64,000 bases of DNA from Eledone cirrhosa. Its lineage: Eukaryota. Within the stretch, counting starts at the first letter, position 1. Each line of letters begins with the position of its first letter. The position numbers and the translations under genes are program-made. Below the pieces are notes generated by a model. The model ran no database searches, was not told the DNA's origin, and saw nothing but the letters and a program-made list of their open reading frames with translations. Where the stretch lies: assembly GCA_964016885.1 (NCBI GenBank), contig OZ024743.1:75392001-75456000 (forward strand). Direction: 5' to 3'. Positions 49,791-62,163 of this stretch are shown here, piece by piece.

Positions 49791-52700
49791 TCATCATCAT
49801 CATCATCATCGTTTAACGTTCATCTTCCACACTAGCATGGGTTTAGACGGGAATTGTCCCACTTGAGGCAAGATTGGTCGTCTTGCTCGTATAGGACTGT
49901 CTGGCAGATTTTCTACGGCTGGATGCCCTTCCTAACACCAACCACGTTTACAGTGTGGACTGGGAGATTTTTACCATGTTACCTTACACGGCCACATTAC
50001 AGCATGGACTGTGTGTTTTTTTTGTTGTGACACCTACACGACCTCATTTGTTTAGGACTGGATGTTGTGGTACCAACATAACTTTACAGCGAAAGGGGTG
50101 GTGTAGATGGGAGTGGGAGTAGTGGGATGGGGGTGTATTTTTGGTTAAGAGGTGCTTACTGACTGTAGGTTTTGCTTTATACTTAGGCGGGTTTTCTGTA
50201 TTACTGCGTAGTGCCAAAGATCTCGGTCTAGTGACATTGTCTTGGAGAAGTGTAAGTGTGTAAGGTCGGAATTTATCAAATCGTTCCAGGTTTTTCTGGG
50301 TCTGCAAGCTTCGTTCCTCTCCAGTCTGCGTAGATCCTCTGCACACAATGCCCAGGTCTCACTGCCATGTAACATTGCTGTTCGTATGCAGGCATCATTC
50401 AGTCTGCCTTTCATTTTTAGAGAGAAACCTTTAGCAGCCAATAGTGGTATAACCTCTCTGAACTTTTTCCATCCTGTTCTGACTCTAACTACTGTACTCT
50501 CCACCACTGCTGATTTTGTTACCCGGGTAACGGAAGGTGTCCACTATTTCTATAGAACCATCTGGGCAATGGAAGGAGCTCGTATCCTGTGGGCACTTGC
50601 TATTACTTATTGCACCTGAGCACCGGCCACATATAAAATCTATGTTCTTAGTTAGCTTACCTGTCATCCCACTACATCTTTTATGCACCCATACTTTGCA
50701 TTTGGGACATAAAATGGAGTTTCTGCCTACTCCTTTCTTACACACAAAGCATGGCCATTTCCCAGAGGGGACCAGTGCCCTATTTTCCTTCCTACATACT
50801 AGAACTTTAGTCTTAGACAAGTTAATTTTAAGACCTTTTGATTCTAGGCCATGCTTCCATTTTTGGAATTTCTTCTCTAGTTCAGCCATTGATTCAGCTA
50901 TGAGCGTTAGATCATCTGCGTATAGAAGTTCCCATGGGCAGCCGGTCTTGAACTCCTCTGTTATAGCCTGAAGGGCAATAATAGATAGGAGGGGGCTAAG
51001 GACAGAGCCCTGGTGAACACCAACTTTTACGCTAAACTCTTCACTATATTCGTTGTTAATTCTAACCTTGCTCACTGTTTCTTTATACATAGCTTGTATA
51101 GCTCTCACAAGCCATTCATCATCACCTAGTTTTCTGAGAGCTCACCAGATAATGAAGTAGGGGACTCTGTCAAAGGCTTTTTCCAAGTCAACAAAAGCTA
51201 AGTATAGGGGTTTACTTTTAACTAGGTGCTTCTCCTGTAGTTGTTGTACAAGGAAAAGAGCGTCTGTGGTACTTTTACCTGACACAAACCCAAACTGCAT
51301 TTCATCTAGCTCAATTCGCTCTCTGATTAGTTGCGCTATAACTTTTTCTGTGACTTTTATGACCTGGTCAATTAATTTAATGCCTCTATAGTTTCCTCTA
51401 TCTAGGGCATCTCCTTTACCCTTGTAGCAGTTAATGATGATGCTGCTATGCCAGTCCTTTGGTATGACCCCATTCTGTATGACTTGGTTTACTATCCGGG
51501 TGACCATAGTGTGTCCCACCGTTCCAGATGCTTTCAGCATTTCAGCAACTATCTCCGAAGGCCCAGCCGCCTTGCCTGTCTTCATATCTTTGATTGCGTT
51601 ACTTATTATACTAACTTCAACTTGCACTGCTGGTCCCTCTAGTGGATCGATGTGGTGCAGACTGTCTTTGTCCCATTTATTCTCCTCATTTAGTAGCCTC
51701 TCGTAGTGACACTTCCAAGCTACCTTCTTATCAGCGTCAGTGATGGTGTACACCATCATCATTACGGACACACTTCTCCCCGACAATATCACGGTTTTCC
51801 TTGACACATTTCCTAGCAATCCTGAATACCTCACATTTTTGGTCCTTGCGTTGTAGAACATGCTTGAACTTTCTTTCCTCTGCTTCCCTTCTTGCGAAGT
51901 ACACTTGTCTCCTAGCTTCCCTCCTGGCCACTTGATAGTCTTCTCTACTTCCCCCACCCCGCCATACTTTCCAAGCCTGTTTTTTGGCCTTGATTGACTC
52001 CTCCACCTTACTGTTCTACCACCAAGTTACTCTCCTCCTGCCTATAGGTCTGCTCCAGACTCAGATTTCATCTGTCGCCTTCAGCAGGTTAGCTTTCAGG
52101 AATTCCCACTGTTCCTCTATATTGTACGACTCTAATTGCTCTTCCTTACTGTCAAAAGCAGCAAGTAATATGCTTTTAAATTTATTACTGGTTGTGGGGT
52201 TCTTTAACTTTCATATTCTTCTCCTTAGGATAGTCCTTCTCTGTTGTCGAGTACGTCTCGTCCTGACTATGAGGTCGCTAACTATGAGGCTATGTTGGGA
52301 GGTGCATTCTTCATAGGGGAGGGATTTAGTGTTTACAACAGGCGCTCTGTCACGTCTTCTGGTAAGGATATAATCTATCTGACTGGCGTGTTCCCCTGAT
52401 CTATAGGTGATCAAGTGATTGTCTCGTTTTTTGAAGTTTGTGTTACAGATAGTTAGGTTATTTGGGTCACAGAATTCCAGGATTCTGGAACCTTCCTTAT
52501 TTCTAGTACCAAACCCATAGCCTCCGTGGATTCCGTCATAGCTGTCACAATGTTGTCCAACGTGACCATTTAGGTCGCCAGCAATAATTATGTAGTTACT
52601 GTTGGTTATTTGGGAGGTAGTGAGCATTAGCGATTCATAGAATCTGTCTTTTATAATGCCAGGCAGTCCAGATTGGGGTGCATACGCGGATATTATTGTC

Positions 52701-53191
52701 ACAGTAGTTCTATTTAGGACAAGTCTTATTTTAATTATTCTGTCGTTCACTCTATTTACGTCTATTATCTTATCTACCCATTTTTCTGCTAGCATGATTC
52801 TTACTTCACCCAGCCCATTGTCATTTCCCACCCAGAAAAGTTTATAGCATCGTTTTTTACCCACAATGAATCTAGCAGACCCACCCCTCCAACTGGTCTC
52901 TTGAATACAGCAAACATCAACTTCCTTACGTTCAAGCATCTCTACAACCTCGTTAGAGCGACCTTTTAAGGTGCCTACATTCATGGTACCAACTCTGAAG
53001 TTTTGGATTGTGTTTGGTGAGGGAGATGGGGTTATGTTAGCCATCCACGACCAAAATAAAGAGGAGGAGTCCTTGCATTCTCGTCTGGCAACATGAGGTG
53101 AATTTGTCTTTATCTTTGGCATTGTCATTGAGTGTCCAGATTTTTCAGACTCTCCAGAATTCCATAGGCCATCTAGCATATCGAAAAGCAA
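49791..53191 (-). mobile_element. Near full-length RTE LINE, frameshifted (APE endonuclease + RT + PHD-like finger + tail)
   Basis: ORF 52211-53191 VGTMNVGTL, CIQETSW, SAYAPQ, GDLNGHVG, SQIDYIL, SQHSL; RT ORFs 50145-51957; (CAT)n at 49791. Confidence 0.97.
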
Positions 53192-53814
53192 CCAGGTCTA
53201 AACTTAAGAAGTTGTATTATAAGCCGCTGAATTATGATTGGATCAAATAATAGTGGTGATGAGTTGGTGGGGGGTGGGGGAGTTAGTGAGAAGGTTATTT
53301 TATAATAATATAATCCTAGAATTTCGGCCATAATTAAATGAGCATATAACAGTAATAAGAGTAAGAGCTTAAATACAAGTAGAAGATCGTTCTCGGGGGG
53401 TCTGACAGAATTATGGGATTTTAAAATACAAGAAGATTGTTTTGAACAATCAGATAGAATTATTGAATAGCATTGAAAAGAAAAGATTGGATTCTGGACG
53501 ATATAATACAGATAGATGAATGGACCAGGGAACATGGAGAGACGAGAAAAAAATAGGATGAGTACAGTACATTTCACAAAAGAGCGAGCGAGTGATGTAG
53601 GCAGAAAATAAGTAAAACAGCGCAGAAAACGGGGGAAGCTGTCTGGATATTGTTTTATATTTAGATCTTTGTCATGTGTAGATAAATAGGTTATTTACTC
53701 TCTTTGGCTCTGCTGCTTTTGTTGTTGTTTAGCCTCAGGACAGCCCTGATCAAACAGACAAATCAAAAATATTCTAACTGTAAACCATCCTGTCATCTGT
53801 TTTTCAATTATTAT

Positions 53815-54000
53815 TCGGTTGATTGGCAGTATCAGTAGAGGGTCGGACGCCATGCTTTCCAGCATAGTTACGTCCCTTTACGATCTGAGTTCAAATCCCG
53901 CCGAGGTTGACTTTGCCTTTCATCCTTACGGGGTCGATAAAATAAAGTACCAGTAATGCACTGGGTAATTGCTGGCCGTGTGCCTAAAGTAGAAACAATT
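53815..54000 (+). mobile_element. tRNA-derived SINE with Deu/Nin-type core (other copies ~55410-55600, 56012-56200, 56378-56660)
   Basis: gagttcaaatcccgccgaggttgactttgcctttcatccttacggggtcgataaaataaagtaccag. Confidence 0.8.
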
Positions 54001-54009
54001 ATTATTTAT

Positions 54010-54421
54010 GTGCACTGTAAAGTGGTCGTGTAGGTATGATAAAAAGCACCCAGTCCACACTGTCAGTTGATCATGTAGGTGTCATGACAAAAAGCACCCA
54101 ATCCACACTGTCAGGTGGTCATGTAGGTGTCATGACAAAAAGCACCCAGTCCACACTGTCAGATGGTCATGTAGCTGTCATGACAAAAAGTGCCGGGTCC
54201 ACACTGTAAAGAGATTATGTAGGTGTGTTACTACAAGAAACACCCAGTCCATACTGTAAATGTGGTTGGCATTAGGAAGTGCATCCAGCCATAGAAAACA
54301 AGCCAGAATCAGTCCAGTGTGAGCAAGATATGGTCATCTGACTTGGCTTGTCTCACAACGGGACAACTCGTCTGACCCATGCTAGCATGGAAAAATGGAT
54401 GTTAAACAGTGATGATGATGA
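54010..54421 (+). mobile_element. RTE 3' UTR/tail fragment, 48-bp repeat x~5
   Basis: Same unit and tail as above. Confidence 0.85.
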
Positions 54422-54679
54422 ATGTATCTGATGTCCTTCTTTGTTTAAGATGCTTGGGCACATAATTTGAGGGCCACTTAGTTGCTATTTTTAGTAATTT
54501 GAGCCTCCATATAGAGGCTTCAGTCTTTGGATCAGTATGTATTTGGTGGTAAAACACTTGATCTGTTTTTGTTTATGATAAAGAAGTATTTTCTCTTTTA
54601 TTCTTGTAATTTTATAAGAATAATACATTCATTAGTGAATGTAGCATGGTTGAATGGTTTAGAAATCTGCATCACATTC

Positions 54680-55052
54680 ATACCAGAGGTCTCCATGTTT
54701 AAACTCTCACTGGTACCAGAGGTCTCCATGTTTAGACTGTCACTGGTACCAGGTGTCTCCATGTTTAGACTGTCACTGGTACCAGACGTCTCCATGCATA
54801 GACTGTCACTGGTACAAGAGGTCTCCATGTTTAGACTGCCACTGGTACGAGAGGTCTCCATGTTTAGACTGTCACTGGTACGAGAGGTCTCCATGTTTAG
54901 ACTGTCACTGCTACCAGATGTCTCCATATTTAGACTGCCACTGCTACCAGATGTCTTCATGTTTAGACTGTCACTGCTACCAGATGTCTTCATGTTTAGA
55001 CTGTCACTAGTACCAGAGGTCTCCATGTTTAGACTGTCACTGGTACCAGATA
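54680..55052. repeat. 33-bp minisatellite, ~11 copies
   Basis: gtctccatgtttagactgtcactggtaccagag. Confidence 0.95.
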
Positions 55053-55699
55053 TCTACAATATGAGTCAGACTAAAGAGTCTCCAATTCTTTGTACCAGTT
55101 ATAGGGAAGCAACCATTGTTTGCACAAATTCAAAATTCATACATTTTAATTGCCTCAGCACTTCATTTTCAACTACATTCATTAATATCTTCGTTGTTTG
55201 TTTAGCCCTGAACTTTGTCAAACTGCTACTTGTGGGAGTTTAACCAAAATATACACTCAATCTTTGCCATATATTTCCATACTATGCATATACACACATA
55301 CACACAATCATACAAAACTGTCATGTATATGATTTTTTTGTTTCAACCAACAGAAAAAGAATTATTTAGATGAAGATTGGTGTATTATTGATTATATTGG
55401 AATTATAAAATGGTGGATTGGCAGAATTGGTCAACTGTTGGATATTTCTTTTGGATATTTACATTCTGAGCTCAATTTTGACTTTTATCTTTCCAGGGTC
55501 GATAAAATAAAGTACCAGTCAAGTACTGGGGTTAATTTAATCATTTTGTCCTTCCCCCAGAATTTGCTAAGTTTTGTATCTAAATTAGAACCACAGAAAC
55601 AAAGTTGAACTTGGTACTATTTGAATAGAAATATTAACTACCACAAATAATCCAAACCATACTTGTATTTTGAGTACCAAATTGTCTGCCTTGTATATA

Positions 55700-55731
55700 C
55701 CCCCCCCCCCCCCCCCCCCACCCCACCCCCA

Positions 55732-55808
<77 letters not shown>
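55700..55808. repeat. poly-C plus long (CA)n
   Basis: Direct inspection. Confidence 0.95.
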
Positions 55809-55810
<2 letters not shown>

Positions 55811-56790
55811 CGGCACACCAAACCACCCACACACCTACACGCGTTCATTATTTAGCATGACACTGAGTATTAAATATGTGTAATCCTTGCCAACATGGAC
55901 AAAACAGAGAATAATGATGTTGATGTGCATCTTAAATATTTGGATTGATGACACAGCTTTAGAAGATTTGAAACTTATTAATCTTTTTTTTTTTCTATTG
56001 TACATTTATTATTGGATTGGCAGAATCGGTAGAGCGTCAGACACTATGCTTTGAGTTTAAATCCCACCAAGGTTAGCTTTGCCTTTCATCCTTACAGGGT
56101 CGATAAAATAAAGTACCAGACATGCACTGGGGTCGACTTAATTGACTTTCTCCCTCCCCCAAATTGTTGGCCTTGTTGCCTAAATCAGAAACTATAATTG
56201 TTATTATTCTAATAACTTAATCCATCTCCTGATTCCCATTTATTTGATATAGGTCAGACCATTATTACTAGTTATATTGTAATCTAGAAATACCAACTGT
56301 TTCTTTCCTCTTCATTATTATGGAAATGTTAATCTGATACTAAAGCCAGTATTAATAATGATTTATTAACCTAGTTAAGGCGGTGAATTGGCAGAGTCAT
56401 TACAATGTCAAATAGAATGCTTTGTAGTATTTGTTCTGGCTCACTACTCTGAGTTCAAATTTCGTCGAGGTCAACTTTGCCTTTCATCCTTTTGAGGTCA
56501 ATAAAAAAAAGTACCAGTCTAGAACTGGGATCGATTCTTCCTCTATATCTCTTTCTCACTTCCATTCTCTCACTCTCTCTATTTATGTCTGGAAGAAATC
56601 TGCAGTACTCAGACCTGGAGAGGAGATGGGCTTGGCCCAGTTTAAAATAATACCCTAGAAACAGGTGTTATGGGACCCTAACTACCTACAGTTTTGGGAC
56701 CCTAACTATCTACAGTTTTGTTACTTTAATGTTTACGCTGTTTTCTTTTCAATAAAATAAAGTAACAGTGAAGTACTGGGCTTGATTTAA

Positions 56791-57016
56791 TCCTTTCATG
56801 ATCACATTTTCTAATGAAATACACTCTATTTTAATTAATGAAGAATTTTGAAGGCTTTACTAAAATTATTATTTCATTATTAAGATAGTAACTTAATCTA
56901 AGGTCTTTATATAAATTTATGTTGGAAGATTTTAATTTCAATTGGAAACTTTTAAAATGGGTGATTTTATTTCATTGTACTAGAGCTGGTTTTCGAGCAG
57001 GTTGGTAACTAAAGGG
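56791..57016 (-). mobile_element. TTAA MITE family B (uninterrupted)
   Basis: ttaa|tcctttcatga...ggtaactaaaggg. Confidence 0.8.
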
Positions 57017-57310
57017 TTATCCTTGCATATCTCCTAAATTGTGCTTGCCTTGTGCCTAAATTAGAAATCAATATTTAGATATGTCCCTGCCAGAGTTGAC
57101 TTCTGGGATCAATAGGAAAATAACAGTAATCTACAGTAGTCAATTGATTTCTGTTCCTTCCATACAAATTTGTAGTTTTGTGCCATTGAAGAAATCAATA
57201 CTTTTTATAGTCATTAGTATCTATATTACACTTGATTTTCTTATTTATAGTTCAATTTTTTATGTATTTAGTTTTGGATACAGTTTCATTCAAGGTTCTT
57301 GTTTATATAT

Positions 57311-57835
57311 ATGTCAGGTCGCTCTTCAGCGCTACTGGTAACATGTAACCCAGTATGACCTGTGCATGATCGGGTCGTAAGCGACTAAACCAGCAACCCC
57401 ACCAAGCTTCCTTGGTGAGGAGGGTGGTTTTGGATACCCTGTGGGATGAAAAACAAGACCCATCAAAGGACGGAGGAACTCAGAAGAGTCAATGGCCATC
57501 AAATAAAGTTTTTTTTTTTTTTTTGTGGACCCAGAGACTCCTAGTCTTCATTAAGACATCTCTCTAGGAGAAAGTCACTCTGATATAAAACCGGCGACTT
57601 CGTCTGTATCCAATGATGTAGACCAGTTCTTCTTTTGGTGTACATACATTCAATGTTCAGAGAGTGGGATTGGCCTCATGCAAAGCATTTCCTCACTTAA
57701 AAAAGCTTCAAGTGCAGGCATCGCTTAATATGTGACATATTTTGTGATGCATGGTATTGTTGGCCATAGGCAAGTCACTAGCAGGACTAAGAAGCCACGT
57801 CTGTGATGCTCATGTTTAAGTATCAAGCGATGGCA
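57311..57835 (+). mobile_element. Non-autonomous RTE-derived element (homolog of 21860-22424)
   Basis: Reverse-complement similarity to 22208-22424 and 21940-22060. Confidence 0.6.
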
Positions 57836-58706
57836 TTACTCATTATATTTATATATTTATATTCAAATGAAATTTAGAGAATCACCATCATTATCGTCGT
57901 TTTAATGTCCACTTTCCCTGCTAACAAGGGCTGGATAGGTCTACATAGACTTAGTCAGTTCTGAAGCAGAGCCACATAATCATTAGTTCAGATTTTGAGA
58001 GAGGGAGACAGTAACAGTGGGAGTTCAGTTCCTTTGTGTTTGGACCTGGTGTATATATATATATGTTTCAAGGACACACACTCACACTGAGGTAGTGTAG
58101 TTATTTATTTTTTAATTTATACCAGTTCTGGCGCTCAGCACTGTTAATAGAGTTACTACTCCAACTAGTTCAGTACTCCATGTCATAATCCCTTCTGACA
58201 ATCATGAAATAAAGTTGAATACTCATTGTGTTATGTTCCTGAACGGGGCACATAACTCTGCTCACGCCAGTTTGCTCGTCTGAGAAATAACAACATAGGC
58301 TCATTAAAAACAACTTTGCAGTTTAATGGTTAACATGACGGGGATATCTGTCTGTAGAAACAATTGCTACCAAAAAATACACCATTTTCTGCTAGCATAG
58401 AAAAGTGGATGTAAAAACATGATAAAAGTGAATCTATAAATATCCCTAGATCTTTCAGTATTGCAATGCTATTATTGATGTGGTTTTTAGCTCTGGTTAA
58501 TTTCACTGCTATGATTCCTGCTATGCAACATGGATATTTTACTGCTATGATTCAAGCTATATAACAAACACTCAGTGTTGTTTAAACAAATATTTTCAAT
58601 GGCATTAGGCAGGACTCTACCATATAACAGTACTTCTTCCCTTCTACATCTGGTATGCATATTCTTTATGTATCTCTAAACAGTTGCTGTTATAGTTGTG
58701 GCATAA

Positions 58707-59162
58707 TCCTTTCATGACCACATTTCTAATGAAATACGCTCTATTTTAATTAATTAATGAAGAATTTTGAGGGATTTACTAAAATTATTAATTATTTCAT
58801 TACTAAGATAGTAACTTAACCCTTTAATGTTCAAACCGGCCCAAACCGACCAGAATTCTCTCACCTCTTTCTGTTGAAACTGGCTGTAACTGGTCGCTCA
58901 AACTGATGTTAAGGTATTGTTCTCAAGATAAATACTTTCAAAATCTCATAGATTCGATATTATGTGAGATATTATGTGAGGTAAAGCCTTTACCATGAAA
59001 ATATAACAGTATATATAAAATAATGTGAATGCTAAAGGGTTAATATAAGGTCTTTATATAAATTTATGTTGGAAGATTTTAATTTAAATTGGAAACCTTT
59101 AAAATGGATAATTTTATTTCATAGAAGCAGAGCTGGTTTGGGCTGGGTTGGTAACAAAAGGA
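58707..59162 (-). mobile_element. TTAA MITE family B carrying a nested family A MITE (58820-59039)
   Basis: gtaacTTAA|ccc...ggg|TTAAtataagg versus empty site gtaacttaatctaagg at ~56888. Confidence 0.9.
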
Positions 59163-59585
59163 TTAAACAACAATCTGGTACCACATTGTTAGTGTATCTC
59201 AGTTGCTATCATACTTGTGGCTTAAACAACAGTGAAAATATATATTTCAAAATTAAATATATCAAAAGACCAGTTTTAAAGTTCCTTACAGAATCTTCTC
59301 TCTGAGATTAACTAAAAGAGACTTCATCTTTTCATGGATATAAATTATGAACTTGCTTTTTCCTTCATTGCTGAATGACAAAAGTTGAAAACTACATGGT
59401 TTATTGTTTTGTAAGGGAGAAATTGCTTTGTTGAAATAGTTTTATTGTTATTACTACTGTGGAAAATGGACATTAAACAATGATGATAATGATGATGATA
59501 TTCTTTGTTTATATTTTGGAAATGAAAGACTGAACTCTGTTGACTTGGACAACAACTAAACAGACTAGGTATCTACTATGTTTAA

Positions 59586-59790
59586 CCCTTTAGCATTTAA
59601 ACCGACCATATCCGCCCACAATTCTCTCACCTCTGTCTGTTCAAACCCTCCGTAACTAGCTACTCATACTGATGTTAAGGTATTGTTCTCAAAATAAATA
59701 ACATCAAAATTTCATATATTCAATATTATGTGAAACAAAGTTTTTAACCACGAAAATACAATAGTATAGAGTAATGTAAATGCTAAAGGG
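59586..59790 (+). mobile_element. TTAA MITE family A
   Basis: TTAA|CCCTTTAGCATT...AATGCTAAAGGG|TTAA. Confidence 0.9.
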
Positions 59791-59832
59791 TTAAGCTATT
59801 TTTCCATCATATCTTCTTTAAAGAGAAATTAT

Positions 59833-60000
59833 TTGTACCATCTTGTACTGTCTTGTACCATCTTGTACTGTCTTATACCATCTTACACTGTCTTGTCCTG
59901 TCTTATACCATATTGTATCATCTTATACTGTCTTGTACCATCTTGTATCATCTTATACTGTTTTGTACTGTCTTATACTGTTTTGTACTGCCTTGTACTG
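59833..60000. repeat. 10-bp degenerate repeat (tcttgtactg/tcttatacca)
   Basis: Direct inspection. Confidence 0.85.
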
Positions 60001-60261
60001 TTTCAGTTGGGAATAGATTCATATGAATTACTTTTTAATTTGTATTCCAGTATTTTTAATTTTTAGATACATTTTGTTTTTACAGCTACTTCTGTATATT
60101 ATTGTAATGAAAATTGTGTACAGTGCTCAGGTGCACTACAACTCATCAGAAAAGGTAGCCAAAAGTACATTATACTACATAGAATAATGTACAAAAGTCA
60201 GGAAAGTGAACAGTGTATGAGTTGTGATACACAAACACATACGTGTGTGTATGTGTGTGTG

Positions 60262-60306
<45 letters not shown>

Positions 60307-60364
60307 TAAGAGCTATAATTTATGATAAAAAGGTTTGCAGAATTTGAGCTTCTGTAGATTACAA

Positions 60365-60700
60365 TCATGAATATAAATCATGTTGCCATCATAAGCCCCC
60401 TTCAGTCACAAATGACCATCGTTTTGCACCTAGAAAGTTCCCCTCTGAGGCACAAACTTGGGCAAGGTTATTTGTATAAGACCAGCAGTCACCCATGTAT
60501 ACCAGCCTCCCGTCTCCACGCCACCGATGTTGTCCAAGGGAAAGGCAAAGGCCGATACAACTTGGCACCAGTGACGTCACAACTCATTTCTACAACTGAA
60601 TAAACTGGAGCAACAATGAAATAAAGTGTCTTGCTTAAGGCACCTGGTCTGGAATTCAAACTCACAACCTTATGATTGGGAGCTCAACATTCTAACTACT
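60365..60700 (-). mobile_element. tRNA-derived SINE (same head/core as 12712, different tail)
   Basis: ctcatttctacaactgaataaactggagcaac...aaataaagtgtcttgct. Confidence 0.75.
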
Positions 60701-60814
60701 TCACAAGAACCATGAATAAAACCCTATTCAGAATAATATTTTCAATGTTTAGGATATAAAGAACAACCAAATTACTATTGGCAAAATTAAGAAATATAAT
60801 TTGGTTGTTCTTTA

Positions 60815-60975
60815 TATCCTTAGGGCATCAACATACATTAACCTTGGTCTTCCTCTTCCAGTGTGTCCATGTAGGGGCTCCCACAGGAGCACTGAGTGCA
60901 ATGTCAACTCTGGATGTCAGTGAGCATGTCCAGCTAACCTCAGTCGCCTCTGTGTCACTTTTGAGCTGACCTTTG
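60815..60975 (-). mobile_element. RTE-like LINE C-terminal fragment (distinct family)
   Basis: KVTQRRLRLAGHAH*HPEL...LLWEPLHG..GRGRPRLMYVDAL. Confidence 0.7.
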
Positions 60976-61002
60976 TATGTATATATATATATATATATAT
61001 AC

Positions 61003-61224
61003 ATGAAAATAGGGAGAAAAAGACGAATATTAGGAAGAAAAATATATTTTTTCCCTTTTACTTTTTTCTCTTTTTTCTGGGTTAGAAAATGTTTAAAACA
61101 AAATATTTTCCTTTGTGTGAAGTGTTAAGGTATTAGTTAATTTATTTATTAATTAACAATGGCATTTATTTATTTATTTATTTATTTATATATTTAATAG
61201 TCGTCTTTTTCTCCTTATTTTCAT
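61003..61224. repeat. 30-bp inverted repeats within (TA)n (MITE-like)
   Basis: atgaaaatagggagaaaaagacgaatatta / taatagtcgtctttttctccttattttcat. Confidence 0.65.
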
Positions 61225-61269
61225 ATATATATATATTCCAACTCGTGTGCTGCTTCTCCACATTTTATT

Positions 61270-61327
<58 letters not shown>

Positions 61328-61711
61328 AGTCAGGTTAGGTATCTTGCTCATACAGAACTATTTCTGGCTTGGTTTCCATGGCTGGATGTCCTTCCTTATG
61401 CCAACCACATTTACACTGTGCGCTTTTTGACATAACACCTACACAACCACTTTTCAGAGTGAGCTGGGTGCTTTTTGTCATGACACCAAAACGACTGGGG
61501 ACTGGGGTGGTAGTTGCATAGACGTGGGAGTAGGATGTAGGTGGAGTGTTAGGGTGGGGAAGGGTAGAGGGAGGATGGGGGTTATGTGGTGCATACTAGA
61601 TGAATGCTTCGATCTGTACATTGAGATGTTCCTTGCTGACTTAACTTGTAACAATTGTCGTCATCAATTTTTATCCAGTAAAAAGTAAATGTCTGTTGTT
61701 ATTATTTACAG

Positions 61712-61859
61712 ATATTATGGACTATCATCAACTGACAAGATCAGTTAACTACCATGGAAGTAGTCTGGCTAAATATCTTATCTTTGAAGGGCAAAATGGA
61801 GCAGAAGATCTCGTGATTCCACCTGAGAGAGATAACTTGCGAAATCGCTCTGAAATCAG
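61712..61859 (+). CDS. Candidate host-gene coding exon of unknown product: (DI)MDYHQLTRSVNYHGSSLAKYLIFEGQNGAEDLVIPPERDNLRNRSEI
   Basis: ttattatttacag| acceptor, CAG|gtgaaa donor, open non-repetitive frame flanked by very AT-rich intron-like DNA. Confidence 0.55.
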
Positions 61860-62163
61860 GTGAAATTTTTTTATTTTTAAATATATCATTAAATTTGATT
61901 TGTTGTATTTGCATAAAATCGTATTTAATTTTAATTAATATCTTTAATTGGGCATCTCTTTTTTAAATTTGTAGTTAATTGTTTTTATTTTTTTGTTATT
62001 TTTTTTATTTTTTGTGGGGGGGTGGGGATTATTATGGTTATGTTATTAGATATTTTAATTATACAATGAGGGAAAAACAATATCAGTCAATGATGAATAT
62101 TTTAATTTTTTACTGCAAGAAAAACAATAACAACTCTGGAAAGTTCCTGGTTTGGGTTAAAAG

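Noticed and set aside
54527-55243. 238-aa ORF and Cys/His-rich (SPCLDCHWY)n ORF resembling heme- or metal-binding repeats
   Set aside because: In-frame 33-bp minisatellite open in several frames; no splice or homology support
60110-60160. Minus-strand CTGATGA followed by a hairpin
   Set aside because: No GAAA after stem II, so not a hammerhead
61735-61750. Exon segment agatcagttaa resembling the downstream 25-bp satellite
   Set aside because: A ~10-bp match is compatible with chance
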